A stretch of DNA of 64,000 bases from Takakia lepidozioides. Its lineage: Eukaryota > Plantae > Bryophyta. The stretch is taken from the NCBI GenBank assembly GCA_030704615.1, contig CM060732.1:34534001-34598000 (forward strand), given 5' to 3'. Below are positions 40,464-53,350 of this stretch, piece after piece; position 1 is the stretch's first letter; each line of letters starts with the position of its first letter. Made by a program: the position numbers and the translations under genes. The notes below the pieces were generated by a model, which was not told the origin of the DNA, did not search any database, and saw only the letters and a program-made list of their open reading frames with translations.

Positions 40464-43028
40464 ATGGCAGAAGCTGGCTCTTGGAAGGCAGCCAGCCTGT
40501 GGATCTTGCCAATCATCCCTCGGGAATTATCCCCACGCTTCAGTAAGTCGACTCTCTCCCCTAGCAGCGGTTGCTTGTCGCTGCGTTTTAGGGTTGGAGG
40601 TTCCACCTACCGCTGGGCAACGCGGAAGGGATGGACCTGTGGATCATAGATTTGGAAGAAGAGAGAATGTGATGGATTTCCAGAGTTTGGCAATTGAGAA
40701 GGAAGAAGAGTGAGACAGATTCTTGTCACGAGGTGTAAATGTTGGAGGCTCGCACGCAGATCTAGCATTTACGTCTGACGGTTTGATGAATCTTGCAGGA
40801 ATATTGTGTCGACAGTGAATATGGACTGTAAGCTGGACCTGAAGACCATCGCCTTGCACGCTCGAAACGCTGAATACAATCCAAAGGTATGCACTGAGCT
40901 GAGCTCGTCAAAGAGGCTAAGGTCGTGACGTCAAATGGTTTGTGAATCCCATCTCAGGCCCCTGTTGTCTGCCGCTCGCATCCGTACTTGTGCTATTTTG
41001 TGTTGCAATCTTGGGCCGCTCTCCAGATCTAATTCGGGCTTCGATTTGGATGTACAGCGATTTGCGGCCGTCATCATGCGGATTAGAGAGCCCAAGACTA
41101 CGGCCCTCATATTTGCATCCGGGAAAATGGTATAGGAAATCAATTTGACCGTACTGAAAGTGTCTCCTGAATAATCTGTAGAGTTTTTTGCGGGGTGTTC
41201 TCTCTCCTCTCTGCACAGGGCTTGGTAAGGTTAGGTGAGAAGTGTGGGCATAACCAGTGCCCTGTTTGACATTTTCATGAGGAACTGCCCCCTGTTTACG
41301 TTGTACTCTTGGCAGGGAAGATTCCAGTCAAATCTTTTGGCAGGCTTAATGTAGATTTACAACCAGGAAAATTAGTGTTCATCTGGCACACAGTCATTGT
41401 CAGCACTCTTGGCGGTGTTTATACTTTGAGTAGATCTTCAAGGGTGTGGTAGAAGCAGCGGGAGTTGTGGAGTTGTTGACTGGTGAGTTTTTCTGCAGGT
41501 GTGCACAGGGGCCAAGAGTGAGCATCAGTCCAAGCTAGCAGCAAGAAAGGTGTGAGCCATTTTTGCTGGTCTATGATGATTGATCGTGGGGCAAAAGAGC
41601 CTAAGGCTAGCCTCTGTGTGAAGTTGATAGCATAGGAGTCTGAGAATTAAGGCCTTCTCCCTCTAATATCTGCTTGGCTGTGGACTGTGCAGTATGCTCG
41701 CATCATCCAGAAGCTTGGTTTCCCGTCCCAGTTCAAAGTATGGCCAGAGTGTCAATATATTGATGCACATTATTTGCTCCATTTTGCAGAGTGAAGCTAC
41801 ATCAGAAATAGATTTAAGTAGAGGTGGTGACTCGTAGCATAGTGGATATTACAGTTAGATCTTGTGAGTGCAAACTCTCAATTGCAGTGCAAAAGGCCTC
41901 ATCCATAGGGGAGGGGCACTGGTTTGCAAGTGCCTTGTAACTTCACATACATAGCTGTGCTGGGAAGGTCCTCTCAGGTTTTCTTTAGGATCCATTTCCT
42001 AAAAGCAATGGTTCTCTAAAAATATGAATGAATGGTTTTAATGTCACTTTACTATCCACACCTAAGTGCTTTCCTGGAATTGTATGTGATGTGTGAGTGT
42101 GTTTCACGAGTGAAGGATGGGTTGGCTGCAGGACTTCAAGATCCAAAATATTGTGGGATCATGTGATGTGAAGTTCCCTGTTAGTTTGGAGGGGCTGGCA
42201 TATGCCCATGGCCACTTTTCTATTGTAAGCAGTCATCCTTTCCACCCTCAGTCATGCCAAGCTTTTGTTCTGCCTGGTTGGTTGTTTCCTACTTTAGTTC
42301 CTGTTATCACCACGACGTGACTAGTGTTCCTTATTCCAAGCATAAGGTCATAGTGAGCACTAGAAGATAAAGGCTGTTGGACACCTCTGCATATATGGAA
42401 GTTGGAAATCCTTTGTTAGATTCTTCTGGTCACTGTGTACAGACCATGCCCCCTGCTAAACTGCAGGGCTGGGGCTCCCCAGGATCAGGTTGCTTGAGGT
42501 GTTTGTGTGAGGCCACCCTTGACAGCCTGCTACTTAGCACTTTTTGACTAAATTTTGCTGGGAGGAAACAAGCTTGCTTACCTTCAAGTTTTGTATGGGT
42601 TTGCATATCAATGTGGTTGCTCAAGGGAAATGTTGGGGTGTGATTGGTGGGGGGTTCAGTACGAACCTGAATTGTTCCCAGGGTTGATCTATAGAATGAA
42701 GCAGCCCAAGATTGTTTTGCTCATCTTTGTGTCTGGCAAGATCGTTCTCACTGGTGCCAAGGTATGCTCGCCGCCCCCCCCCCCCACCCAACAAAAACCT
42801 CCTTGTCCTCAAATGAACCCCTGAAATTTAGGTTGGACCATTGGGTGGTCCTGGATGCTGATGTCAATGGGTTGCATTTGTATCTTTCCCTTCTGCCAAG
42901 ACATTTGCATTCAGTCCTTAATCATTGTGTATGGGGTTGGGATGATGCCCTCAGGTGAGGGACGAGATATACGAGGCGTTTGAGAATATCTACCCTGTGT
43001 TGACTGAGTTCAGGAAAATTCAGCAATG
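40464..43028 (+). CDS. TBP: TATA-box binding protein; exons 40464-40542, 40799-40886, 41058-41129, 41499-41549, 41693-41737, 42132-42224, 42660-42761, 42955-43028 (terminal exon unresolved; apparent frameshift in exon 1)
   Basis: [62 protein letters not shown] and [13 protein letters not shown]. All internal introns are GT-AG and in phase. Confidence 0.95.
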
Positions 43029-45004
43029 GTTGGTTCCTTTCAGAACCTCTGAGGTGGTCTTTGTATGGAAATAATTCTTTTATTCCTGTCACATTCTGAT
43101 CACATCAGATTCTGTAGTATTTGACAGGACAGGCCCAGAAAGAGTACAGTGTGGTTATTGGGCCTTGTGACTAGTGACTAGTCTGGATGGAGCAGAGTAA
43201 TAAGAGAGGATTGCATACCTGGGGTTATTACATACCATCCTCTCAAAGCCATTTGGGAGTTTGAACTGAGTGGTGTTTGCTTGGGGTGTTTGGATGCAGA
43301 CCACCTAGTATCCAAGAAAGATGCAGATTTGTCCAGCATTGCCCACTCATTTGTAACGATCCCTCTAGAGGAGAACCCAGCATGCATGACTTAAAGGCTA
43401 GTTATGACTGCCCAGTCACCACCGCTGCCTTGCAAAAGCAAGCATTGACAGCCATGGTGTGCCTGGTACCAAAGGCTACAAGCAGTTTCATTCTTTGACG
43501 GGGAAGAAGAGGGCTAGGCCCAGTTCAGTTGCCTTTCCATGAGTCACATGACAGAATTGGTGGCATGCTGTCAGTATGCTGAGTGGGTGAGGAGACCAGA
43601 GAGACAGATGACCAGTGAGTGTTGTCTGTAAACATAGCCTATGATGTACCTGGAGGCAGGAAATGGACAGACGAGGTACTCATCAGATTTTTGTGGGAGT
43701 TATCTGCCACAAGCAAAAGAGAAGAGGGCAAGGTTACGACTAATTCTAGTCGTAACAACAAGGTTTTGATTGATGAATATTTGTGATGCCCTTGCAGAGA
43801 AGCCCATTTTCCTTGAACTTGCCGGCCATAAAACAGTAGGATGTTTCACAACATCACCAAACAGCCAAAGAGGCTTTAGCATGTAGTTTTGTAATGACTG
43901 TAATGATAGCTAAATTGGCACATGTCATTCAAGTTGTGCATGATTCTTGATTTAAACTGTCATTTGTCAACCTAATGCGAATCCTGGTCAAATAGCTTAA
44001 CCTAATTGTCAAGGATAGAGCTTTCAACAGTAGAGAGGGAGGATTCTTCATTGGCTTTGTTTCTAGTCTTTTTTGTGGACCTATACATCTGCGATTGAGG
44101 ATCTGCAATTAGAGTAGTTTTCTCAAAACAAGGCAGAATCAAGAACTCCTGTCCCGCCCACACTTATAAGACGAGTGGGATAAGAAATGGAGCATCTACA
44201 ACTTTGAAGCTGAAAATTGGCAATGTATGTGGGCCTCAATCTGGATTAAATCTTCCAGTGCCTCTTGTTATTGTACAGGCATCCATGATTTGGCCTTTGG
44301 CACGCTCTTTTTACCAACACTGGGATCCAGGAAGTGACTTTGCTCCTGTCTCTGTCCTTCTGAATCACTCTCAAGAAAATAAGGCATCTGCCTCTCTCTG
44401 CCCTGTCTATGAGATCTGAGGGGCAGATGCAACTGGACCTTCAGTAAACAAACACTTTCAGTGACTACTCTCTTCACTTGTGTTTTCTTTAAGCTAGGAA
44501 ATCGTGGGCCCTGATGTCTGCAGTCAATTCCAAATATCCAGACAGAGGAGGACTACTATTCCCAAGGTTCTGGGGATGCAAAAATCTCCTTTGCAATGCA
44601 CTCACCCCAGATACTTGCGAATGGGCTCAACACCTGCCAGTTCAATTCAATGGCAGCACCACCGAGCTGTCCTATGGAAATTCTTTTCAAACTATTGGTC
44701 CAGACTCTCCTCTGGTTTTCAAATGAGTCTCCAAATTGTAGCAAAAGTTCAACTAGGCATTCATAAGCTCACTTACAGGGATGAGAACGAGATGCGCTAA
44801 CTAGTATGGGAAAAGTTGCATAAACAAACAATTTGGTCTTCAGACAACCATACTAAGCTCACATCATGGTAGACAACAGTTTGCAATCTGCTTGTTTGCC
44901 TTCTCCTGCACATTGAGATTGATTTTGGGAGCAGTGTTTAAACCCAATTCTGATTAACAACTGCAGGAACAGCCTATTTTACTCCCACGAATTGGACTCT
45001 AGGC

Positions 45005-45085
45005 TTGCCTGATATGCGCTTTGTGTTGCATGATGGCGAGGATGAGCAAAGAGAATTTTCTCTCTGCTACCACAGTGAGAAGCTG
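45005..45085 (+). pseudogene. Short fragment of a PPR-DYW domain
   Basis: Translates to LPDMRFVLHDGEDEQREFSLCYHSEKL, the characteristic start of the DYW deaminase domain. No flanking PPR repeats. Confidence 0.75.
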
Positions 45086-46936
45086 GTGAGAACCTTGGCA
45101 CCGCTCCTGGTGAGAACCTTGGTCTGTATTTAAACAAAATCGAGCATTGGAACTCAGGTCCTAAAAGAACTTCATTGCAGTGGAGCCAGTGACAGAATTT
45201 GCAATTGAAAGAGTCATGTCAAAAGAAGTCCTATACACATGATCCCAACTTTCAGAGAAAAAATTAAACAACACAGATTCTTGGTATTGGTATCATGTTA
45301 GGATAAGCATACGCAGTCTTTGATCTGTGCTACTGGAATTTAGGGCTCTGATATTCTATCTATGACACGTTGCAGGGCAGGGGGATGTATAAGTTTGGTA
45401 TCTCTGTTGGTTCAGACAGTGTAGAGTGTGCAAATTGGTGCACAAGAAACGAAGAGGCATTCTCTGGGCTTAGAGCAAAACTGCGAACAGTATCATGGTG
45501 TAATCTCTGTGTTTTTCCAGAATAATTAGGCATTCCTCTGGCGTTTGATTCCTTCCTCCCTGCAAAGCATTTCCCCAAATCACACGACAAATCCTACAGA
45601 GCCGGTAAACCCTATAGTGCAGCAGTATCTTGGGCTTCAGAGCACTTTCTCGTCTCCACCATTCTACTAACGTCCAAAAACAAAATCCCAAAGGGGCGAG
45701 GACGTCTAGCAAGCTGTCTCAACGAGGGTGGCTCTTTGCATGGCCCCACATGGCTGTTGCATGCGGGGCTCACATGGAGTGCATGCAGAGGAGTTGGCGA
45801 AGGTTCTGGAGGAAGGCTGTGGAGGGCAGGGTATACCGTATGTGAAGTGACAATCTTCATTTTAAGATTGTCAATAGTAGTACTCGGCGACCAAAGACTC
45901 ACGGGTTTTGATAACTTACCATTTGCTCGCCTGAAGGATCTGTGGAAGGTGCGCGTTCCTGTAGTCTGAAATGGAGGAAGGGTCTGGGGATCGACCCATC
46001 CCTTACTATACCAATTTATAAGTAGTGGTACCATTGAATGGATCAGAGGCAGTTGCACAGAGTTCTAAAGTGTGTGTGAGGGCTCTTGTCGGTCGGAGTT
46101 GTGTCGTAGAGAAGAGTCGGAGGGTAGTGTATACATCAACTTCTGTCTTGTTTGCCAGTCCCGACTTTGGGGTCTAACAGCGCGTCATTCTTTCGCAGGA
46201 TCGCATTCGGTTCGTTTTCTATTCGCTGCAGTTTGATCTCGACGCCAGAATGTCGATTCTCAGTTTTCTACTTGTATCTGCTTGGATGGTTTGCCATCAG
46301 TCTTTGTCATGGTGTTTTTGGTTGATGCTTCGTTTTGAATGCTGGAGAAAGATGAGCTTACAGAGGAAAAAAGAGGACAATTTTCTTTGGCCGTTGACTT
46401 CAAAATTGGTTCTTCATGTGCATGTGCAGGGCATCCACTGAAGCCATGAACTTTCCATGGCAGACTGGGCGATTCGACCCTCGCGCTGGGGTCTGTAACC
46501 CTTCCTCCCTCCTCTTCGCACATCATCTTACTTGTGACGGATCGTGCAGTCGCACTCGCAGGGAGTGTCGTTGGTGGTCGTCGATTCCATTTTCTTTGAT
46601 TGCTACAATTGTGGAAGTCTGATGAACCAGAGACATTTCTAAGGTTGCTGTCGCAACCTTAGAAAGCTCTTCAATGATCAGTGAGGCAATAGCTAGCAGG
46701 GAAGTCGGAATGGACTGGAAGATGGACAGATCGGGAAAGATTAAATGTAGCTGTTTGTACAAATTGTTCTCTTCCATTGTAGCGCCAATAGAGAAAAAGT
46801 AGAACTGTGTATGTCATAATTTTTTTCTGACTGAAACATGCAAGACTATCCAGTGGACAAGTTTTGGGTAGAGACAAGGGCATGGAGATTGCAGGTCTTT
46901 TCTGGTACAGCCGTTTAACGCTTTTGTTGAGTGCAG

Positions 46937-48070
46937 GGGAAAGCGAGGGTAGGAGGGGAAGAAGGGAAGGAGGCCAAACCAGAAAGAGTTGCCTTGGTGT
47001 TAGGGGTGACAGGGATTGTGGGAAATAGCTTGGCAGAGCTGCTCGTCAGTCCCGACGCACCCGGTGGACCCTGGAAAGTATATGGAGTAGCCCGCAGGCC
47101 AAAGCCCGAGTGGCTCTCCCAGCCTCGCCTGGAGTATGTGCAGTGTGATCTCCTTGACTTGAATCAAACTAAAGCTAAACTCGCACCGCTCCGGGACGTT
47201 ACACATGTGTTCTATGTGACGTGGGTCAATCGAGAGACGGAGGCCGAGAACTGCAGGGTTAATGGGGACATGTTTCGAAACGTGTTAGATACTGTAGTCG
47301 CAAATGCCGAACCTCTGGAGCATATTGTACTTCAGACGGGAGGGAAACACTACGTAGGCCCTTTCTCGTCTCCATCCTGGGCAAATGAACCACCGTTCCG
47401 AGAGGATATGCCCAGGTTGCCAGGGGAGAATTTCTACTACAACCAAGAAGACATATTGTTTGAAACTGTGAAGCGGAAGGAAGGTCTGACCTGGTCGGTG
47501 CACAGGCCTGGAGAGATCTTCGGTTTTGCTGCTGGAAATCTGATGAATATTGTGGGTACCCTTGCAGTGTATGCTACCATTTGCAAACATGAGGGTATGC
47601 CATTGGTTTTCCCTGGAAACGAATTCGCCTGGGAGCACTTCTCTGATCAGTCTGATGCTGGACTAATTGCGGAACAGGAATTGTGGGCGTGCCTTGATCC
47701 TAGGGCAAAGAACGAGGCCTTCAACATCCCTGCCGGTGACGTGTTTAAGTATAAACGACTTTGGCATTTGCTTGCAGAAAGATATGGTTTGGAGGTGCCC
47801 CCATTCAGGGTTGGAGCGCCATCGCTGGAAGAGATGATGAGAGACAAGGACCCTGTGTGGGAGAAAATTGTGCGTGAGAATTCGTTGGTCCCCACCAAGC
47901 TTGCGGATGTGGGCCATTGGTGGTTTGTTGATATAGTACTCAATAAACCTCTTGAGATTGTCTATAGTCCGAACAAGATGCGTGAACACGGATTTCTGGG
48001 ATTCCGGAACTCTGAGAAGTCCTTCCTTTCTGTCATTGACAAGATGAAGAAACACAACGTCATCCCTTGA
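46937..48070 (+). CDS. VEP1: PRISE-family short-chain reductase (progesterone 5-beta-reductase / VEP1-like), main exon; start exon unresolved
   Basis: GVTGIVG, YGVARR, DVTHVFYVTW, QTGGKHY, NFYYNQED and WSVHRP are the family motifs. Acceptor TGCAG at 46932-46936. Confidence 0.92.
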   Translation, partial: GKARVGGEEGKEAKPERVALVLGVTGIVGNSLAELLVSPDAPGGPWKVYGVARRPKPEWLSQPRLEYVQCDLLDLNQTKAKLAPLRDVTHVFYVTWVNRETEAENCRVNGDMFRNVLDTVVANAEPLEHIVLQTGGKHYVGPFSSPSWANEPPFREDMPRLPGENFYYNQEDILFETVKRKEGLTWSVHRPGEIFGFAAGNLMNIVGTLAVYATICKHEGMPLVFPGNEFAWEHFSDQSDAGLIAEQELWACLDPRAKNEAFNIPAGDVFKYKRLWHLLAERYGLEVPPFRVGAPSLEEMMRDKDPVWEKIVRENSLVPTKLADVGHWWFVDIVLNKPLEIVYSPNKMREHGFLGFRNSEKSFLSVIDKMKKHNVIP

Positions 48071-48515
48071 GTTGGGCCTGCCTCCACTGAGTTTAGGTCA
48101 ATACTTGTTAAGACATGCACTAGTGTGATAGTTGCAAGTACAGTACAGTATAGTTGCACATAGATATATAGCGAGAGAGAAGACTCCAGCGGAAGCCAAC
48201 ATAAATAAAAACTAAGTACTTCCCTGGCAGGGTACACATGAATTGTATTACTTGAGCTATTTCCAACTACAATTTCCACTTCTTCCCCCTATCTTGGACT
48301 TTGAACATATACGAGACCAACACTTATCCCATACAACTCCCCGAAAATGGGAAGAAGCTGCTGGTAACTATAGCAAATAATCAGTCAAATAACAGAGTGC
48401 ACATTGAAAATATGCAAGACCCCAACATTGCTCAACTGGAAGGTCGAAAACCCTTAAATGCCCAGTGGCTTCTTTGATTTTTGGCAAAGACCCCTGCCTC
48501 AAAAAATTGGCATAA

Positions 48516-48900
48516 GAGCATGACCAGCAGTGGCGCGGTAAACACAGACTTCAACGCCAGCCCTTATAGTACCGTGGCAGCTGGTAGCAGCATGGCAGCC
48601 TCCCGCGGCAAACCCCCTCTTGCGCCATCTGGTGCCGTTGTGAGTAACAACAACTTCATCTTCATTGTAGCTGGAAACACCACGTGTGCCTTTTCATCGG
48701 ACAGCCTGACCTGGGGCCACCAGATTTTGATAACGTGCCGAGATCAGGGGCGGCTAAAGAGCGAAATACGCCGTGTGAGAGGGGGTGAATTGCGGGGAGG
48801 GGGGCTTAGGAGCCTAGCGGTGCTGCTGGGGACGCGGACAGGCAGCCCCGCACGTCATTTTGAGGTTAGCGTGCCATTTTGGACGCTGCTGGCCATGCTC
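48516..48900. mobile_element. PIF/Harbinger (Tourist-like) MITE, 385 bp
   Basis: TIRs GAGCATGACCAGCAG and CTGCTGGCCATGCTC (14 of 15 match), flanked by TAA at 48513-48515 and 48901-48903. Confidence 0.85.
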
Positions 48901-49239
48901 TAACTCCATGAAAACATAAAATTTCAAAAAATTGACCAGACATCAGCTGCTCACCTACCAGCTGCACCTACTGGTGGAATTTCAGGTCAATCAGAAGTTC
49001 TTTTTGGCGAATTGCCGCTGATGACAACTTGGGTCAAAATGTTGAAATTGTATATTTTTATATGCCTCTCATTTTACAATATTGGGATTTTATGGCGCAC
49101 GCGCGAGCGCAGGCACAGCCCTGGGCCGCCTGCAAGTCCCCCGCACCCCGCCGCTGTGCGCGGTCGACCAGCTGCACCACCCCGCGGCCTCCAGACGCAT
49201 CCACGCCGGCCGCGGGAAGTCCCCTCAGCCCGTCCGCTG

Positions 49240-52200
49240 CCCGCCAGTCTGCCAGTCCGCCCGCCAGTCCGCTACTGCACGCCAGTCTGCCCGTCCAGTC
49301 CGCCAGGCCTGTCCGCCAGTCCGCAGGATCTGGACCGTCCAATCCTCTACGCATCCGAGCCCTCCATTGTTAGGTCATGTAAAGTCCCATGATCCTTTAT
49401 CGGGCTCGTTTTTCTTGTCAAATGTTGCGGCGCTTTGTTGTCTGATGTTGCGGTTGGCGTTTCCTCGCACACTTGTGTTATTCTTGTTTTGTGCGATGGT
49501 TATGATGAAGGAAAGTGTGCGTCAACTTGACACGACTGGCGGGCTCTACAGCCACCATCGTGCATATGCTTCCACTATTTTCGCCTTGTTATTGTGTTTT
49601 ACAGAGGCTTCACCCCTTCGTATTGCAACTGAACCCATGGCTAATATAAGGGTGAAAATCGCGGAAGGATATGCATATGGGGGCGTGTATACACTGCACA
49701 TTTCTTATCGTATTTCATAAATTACGAGCACTTGCATCTGACCGTGCAGAAGGTTGTGTAGAAGGGCGGACATCCCCAAGAAATAACGTTTTTTGAAGGA
49801 TCCAAATCATGTGACAGAGGTCTCTTGCGGGGGTTATCCAGCATTACTGCTCATCGTGTTAACAAAACAGGATGCAGTCGTACGGCCCTCAAACATCCAC
49901 ATGCACTTGCACCAAATACATGTCTCAAATGCAATCTCCTTGCGGGAGCAGCAACAGAAGTGGTGCATTGTCCAATTTGCAAGGAGACGACCAAACTGAA
50001 ACAAGTGCATGCCGTAAATGCATATGGGGATGTTTGAGGTCCTTACGACCGGTTCCTCTTCCTTGGTGGACAACAGTTCTGTATGCAAATCAATCTGTTC
50101 GACTGTTGTACCCCCAGGCCGTCAGTGCCCTCCATATTTGCTGCTACACTTGTCACTTTTGTGAATCCGGTGTGCCGCAAACATGTTCGTAGTTTTTGCC
50201 TGCTAGACCGTCTTTGAGCCCGTCTGCTTCATACTTGTTCTGTATGGATATTATGAGTCTATTCGACAATCACTGTATCGTTTTGTCATGCCGCCAACCT
50301 TTTCACTCAGGGTCTGTTCAATTTGATGGTGCATGAGTCAGTGTATTGGCGTCTTCTCTAGTTAGTCTGTTCAATCGTGCGTCTGTTGGACTTTCGTTGT
50401 CCATTGATATTACTAAGTTAGGTTGTCACTTTATGAGTATGTTGTTCCGCTAGTCTGTTTGTAGTGTGTCTCTTCAATTTCAGTGTGCGCCACTCAGTCT
50501 CCTATCCCATCTTTCTTTTGGGTTCTTGTCGAGTTAGTCTACTCAACCACCCGTCTGCTGGACTTTCGTCTCCATGGATATCAGTATCACTTTATCAGTC
50601 TGTTCAATCTATCCCCTCAATCTTTTTCTTGTATATTGAGTCTGTCTGCTGGACTGTCCATGGATATGAGTCTGTTCGACTCACTTTCTCAATCTTCTCT
50701 GCCGCCAGTCTTTTCTCTGTTGTAACTCATTGTTGGGATATCAGTCTGTTGCACTCCTGTCCGTCTACGAGTTTTGGCTCGTTCTCCCGTCAGTCTATTC
50801 TATTGCCCGTCCACATGACACATTCTATTGGATATCAGTCTGTTGTCCCATCAGTCTATCTGTTTTGGCTTGTTCTCCCGTCAGTCTGTTGTATTGCCCG
50901 CCTACAAGAGACCTCCTATTGGATATCAGTCTGTTATCCCGTCAGTCTACGTGTTTTGGCTCATTCTCCCGTCAATCTGTTGTATTGCCAGTCTACATGA
51001 TACCTTCTGTTGGATACCATTTTGTTTTGTTGCCATACTCGCTTGTCTCTTGTCCCGTCAGTCTATCTGTTTTGGTTCGTTCTCCCGTCAGTCCGTTGTT
51101 TTGCCCGTCTACAGGAGACCTTCTCTTGGATATCAGTTTGTTGTGCCGCCAGTCTACTCGTCAGTCTGTCGTGCCACATGTCATAATATTTTGGCTCATT
51201 CTCCCGTCAGTCTGTTGTTGCCAGTCGGCTGCCACCAGTCTGTTGGGCCCGCTCCGCCTCTTGCACGTAATAAATGCCACGACTAGTCTGCTGGATCCAA
51301 TAAATGCGACGACCAGACTGCTCGGTGTGCCTCCACTCTGTTCGCTTTCTGCACGTGCGACTGTGATGGACGTATTTAATGTGCAGGATTGCGGCGCCAG
51401 TGAAATCCGTCCACGTCACGCTCCGCCACCCGCCTCAACGTCCGTCGTCCTCCTCTTCTTTCGTCATTTCGACTTTGCTTCGCCGTGTTGGGTGGTGAGG
51501 GCATTCTTCCGTCTTCTATCTTTCTCTTCCAATACTTTGATCATTCCGGTTTTGTCTCCGCTGCAGGTAGTCGTCACGATTCCGGTAGTCGCGACGCTTC
51601 GTGAAGCGTCACACATAGACCACCTTCTTCCTCGCGTTGGTCAGATTCATTGTTTGCTTTTCCTCTTCTTTGCATGATATATTCTGATGTAGACTTCTTC
51701 CTTACGGTCATCTGCTCTTCTCTTTGTATTGCACAAACTTCCGCTGATGAGTGTACTTGCCAGTCCGTTGTCTTCCATAAGTCTGTTGACATAGTATGTT
51801 GACATAGTCCGCTGGTGAGTCCACTGTACTCCACTAGTGCACTCTAGCTTCTCTTTGTTTGTCAGTCTACTGATTGGGTTCACCTGTCCGCTGCCTCACA
51901 TTCTTTTGTTTTGTGCCCTAATCTAGGATAAACGAGAATGTATTCAGAGGGCCATTTCTGCTTGGCGCACAGTCGGCCAAGCACCTCCATTACAAGTGAA
52001 TGCGGTGCGCACTGAAGTCGACCGGGTGCGGGAGTATGTATTGTTAAAATACCCTGACTCAGCCGTTGCCATTGCAGCATTCCATATTGAAGAGGGCACA
52101 GTGTCAGGCAGTCCTCTTCACACCCAAGTCACCGCAGGATTGGAGGACTCTCGGCCAATCTAGGCCGTCATCCAGCAGACTGCCATCGTCGGGCATAGAG

Positions 52201-53350
52201 TCCAGCGGGCTGCCCCAGCGGACTAGCAGACGGGCAACAATCTGTCTCCCATCTGGCAGACTCTCCACCACAAGACCCCCATATACCAGCACACCATCCA
52301 GCAGACTCCAGGCGCCTCACCTCTCTACCAACAGACTGGAGACTTGCACACTGGCAACCACCAGATAGGCTTGTTTGGAGTCTGGCGATCGCCATTGCCC
52401 CTTATCCAACCAGGAGCTGAAGATCGGACCTTCCTCGAGTTAGGGTGGGAGAAACAAATGCCAATGTAGACTGGTATAATGAGCTCCACCGTATTGTGAC
52501 TGACTGCCGCTAGACCTTCGTTCCATTCCATTATGCAATGGAGTTTTCAGTTGAGGAAGCCCAAAATGTTTTGTAAGCCGTGCAGTCTATTGCAGATGAA
52601 GCCACCACTATGCGCAATGAGTCGCCGCTGCTTATGCAGCTCATTCTCATGGATGACCCATGTCCTCAAGAGCTCAGACATATGCCAATAGCACACCCAA
52701 CATTTGGAGTGCGCAGAAATTACTTGTTCGGAATAGCTCAGGAGGACTTTGAACGCATGGCAGCATCTTTTCTTCAGTATCGATGGATGCAATTTGGAAA
52801 CTTTTGTTCCTATACAATTGGTCAAGGAACTTTAGACTTTGAGAATGGACTTACTGTATTCCTCAATAGTATCACAAGCGAATGTGGTGGATGACGCATT
52901 GCAATGGTTTGCATTGGTCATGGAGCGAGCAGTCTTTGACATTGGTTTGAAGAAACCACATGTCTTCAAAGTATTGTGGTGTGGAAGTCCTATTGAAGAC
53001 CACATTTCAGCAATTGCCGACCTCGATACAACATGCCTGAGCCGCCAAATTCAAGATATCGGCCTCATTGGAAATCTGCTCGAAGGTAGTATCATTTCTT
53101 CCATATCGTCTCAAATTCCGTCCTTCGTTTTCCTAGAACATGACATACGACTGACATTCTGAATACAATGTGTTTCAGGCCGAACCGTTTAAGGAGATAT
53201 GCACCTGCACACTGTTTTTGACTCTCTTGCCAGAGGAGCACGAGATGTTGTCCTAGCCTTGCAAGGTCTTCAGGGGAATGTCCAGGACAATCCGAAGCAG
53301 ATCGTGCAGCAGACCCAACATCAGACCCTCTATAATGAGTAAGTGTGTAC
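49240..53350 (+). mobile_element. Degenerate CAGAC/GTCTG-rich element with unknown ORF remnant (copy 2)
   Basis: FVPFHYAMEFSVEEA...MDDPCP...AHPTFG...RWMQF...MDLL matches 28034-28665. Boundaries approximate. Confidence 0.6.
50730..51230. repeat. Diverged ~91-bp tandem repeat, about five units
   Basis: GGATA(TCAGT) anchor at 50736, 50830, 50921, 51012 and 51128, with TTCTCCCGTCA in each unit. Confidence 0.8.

Noticed and set aside
49726-49736. GAGCACTTGCA as the left TIR partner of 63016-63026
   Set aside because: Only 11 bp, no matching TSD (ATAAATTAC versus CACTTGATT), no subterminal motifs, and it lies within another element.
50464-51677. Long hydrophobic ORFs
   Set aside because: Derived from low-complexity tandem repeats; no protein motif.
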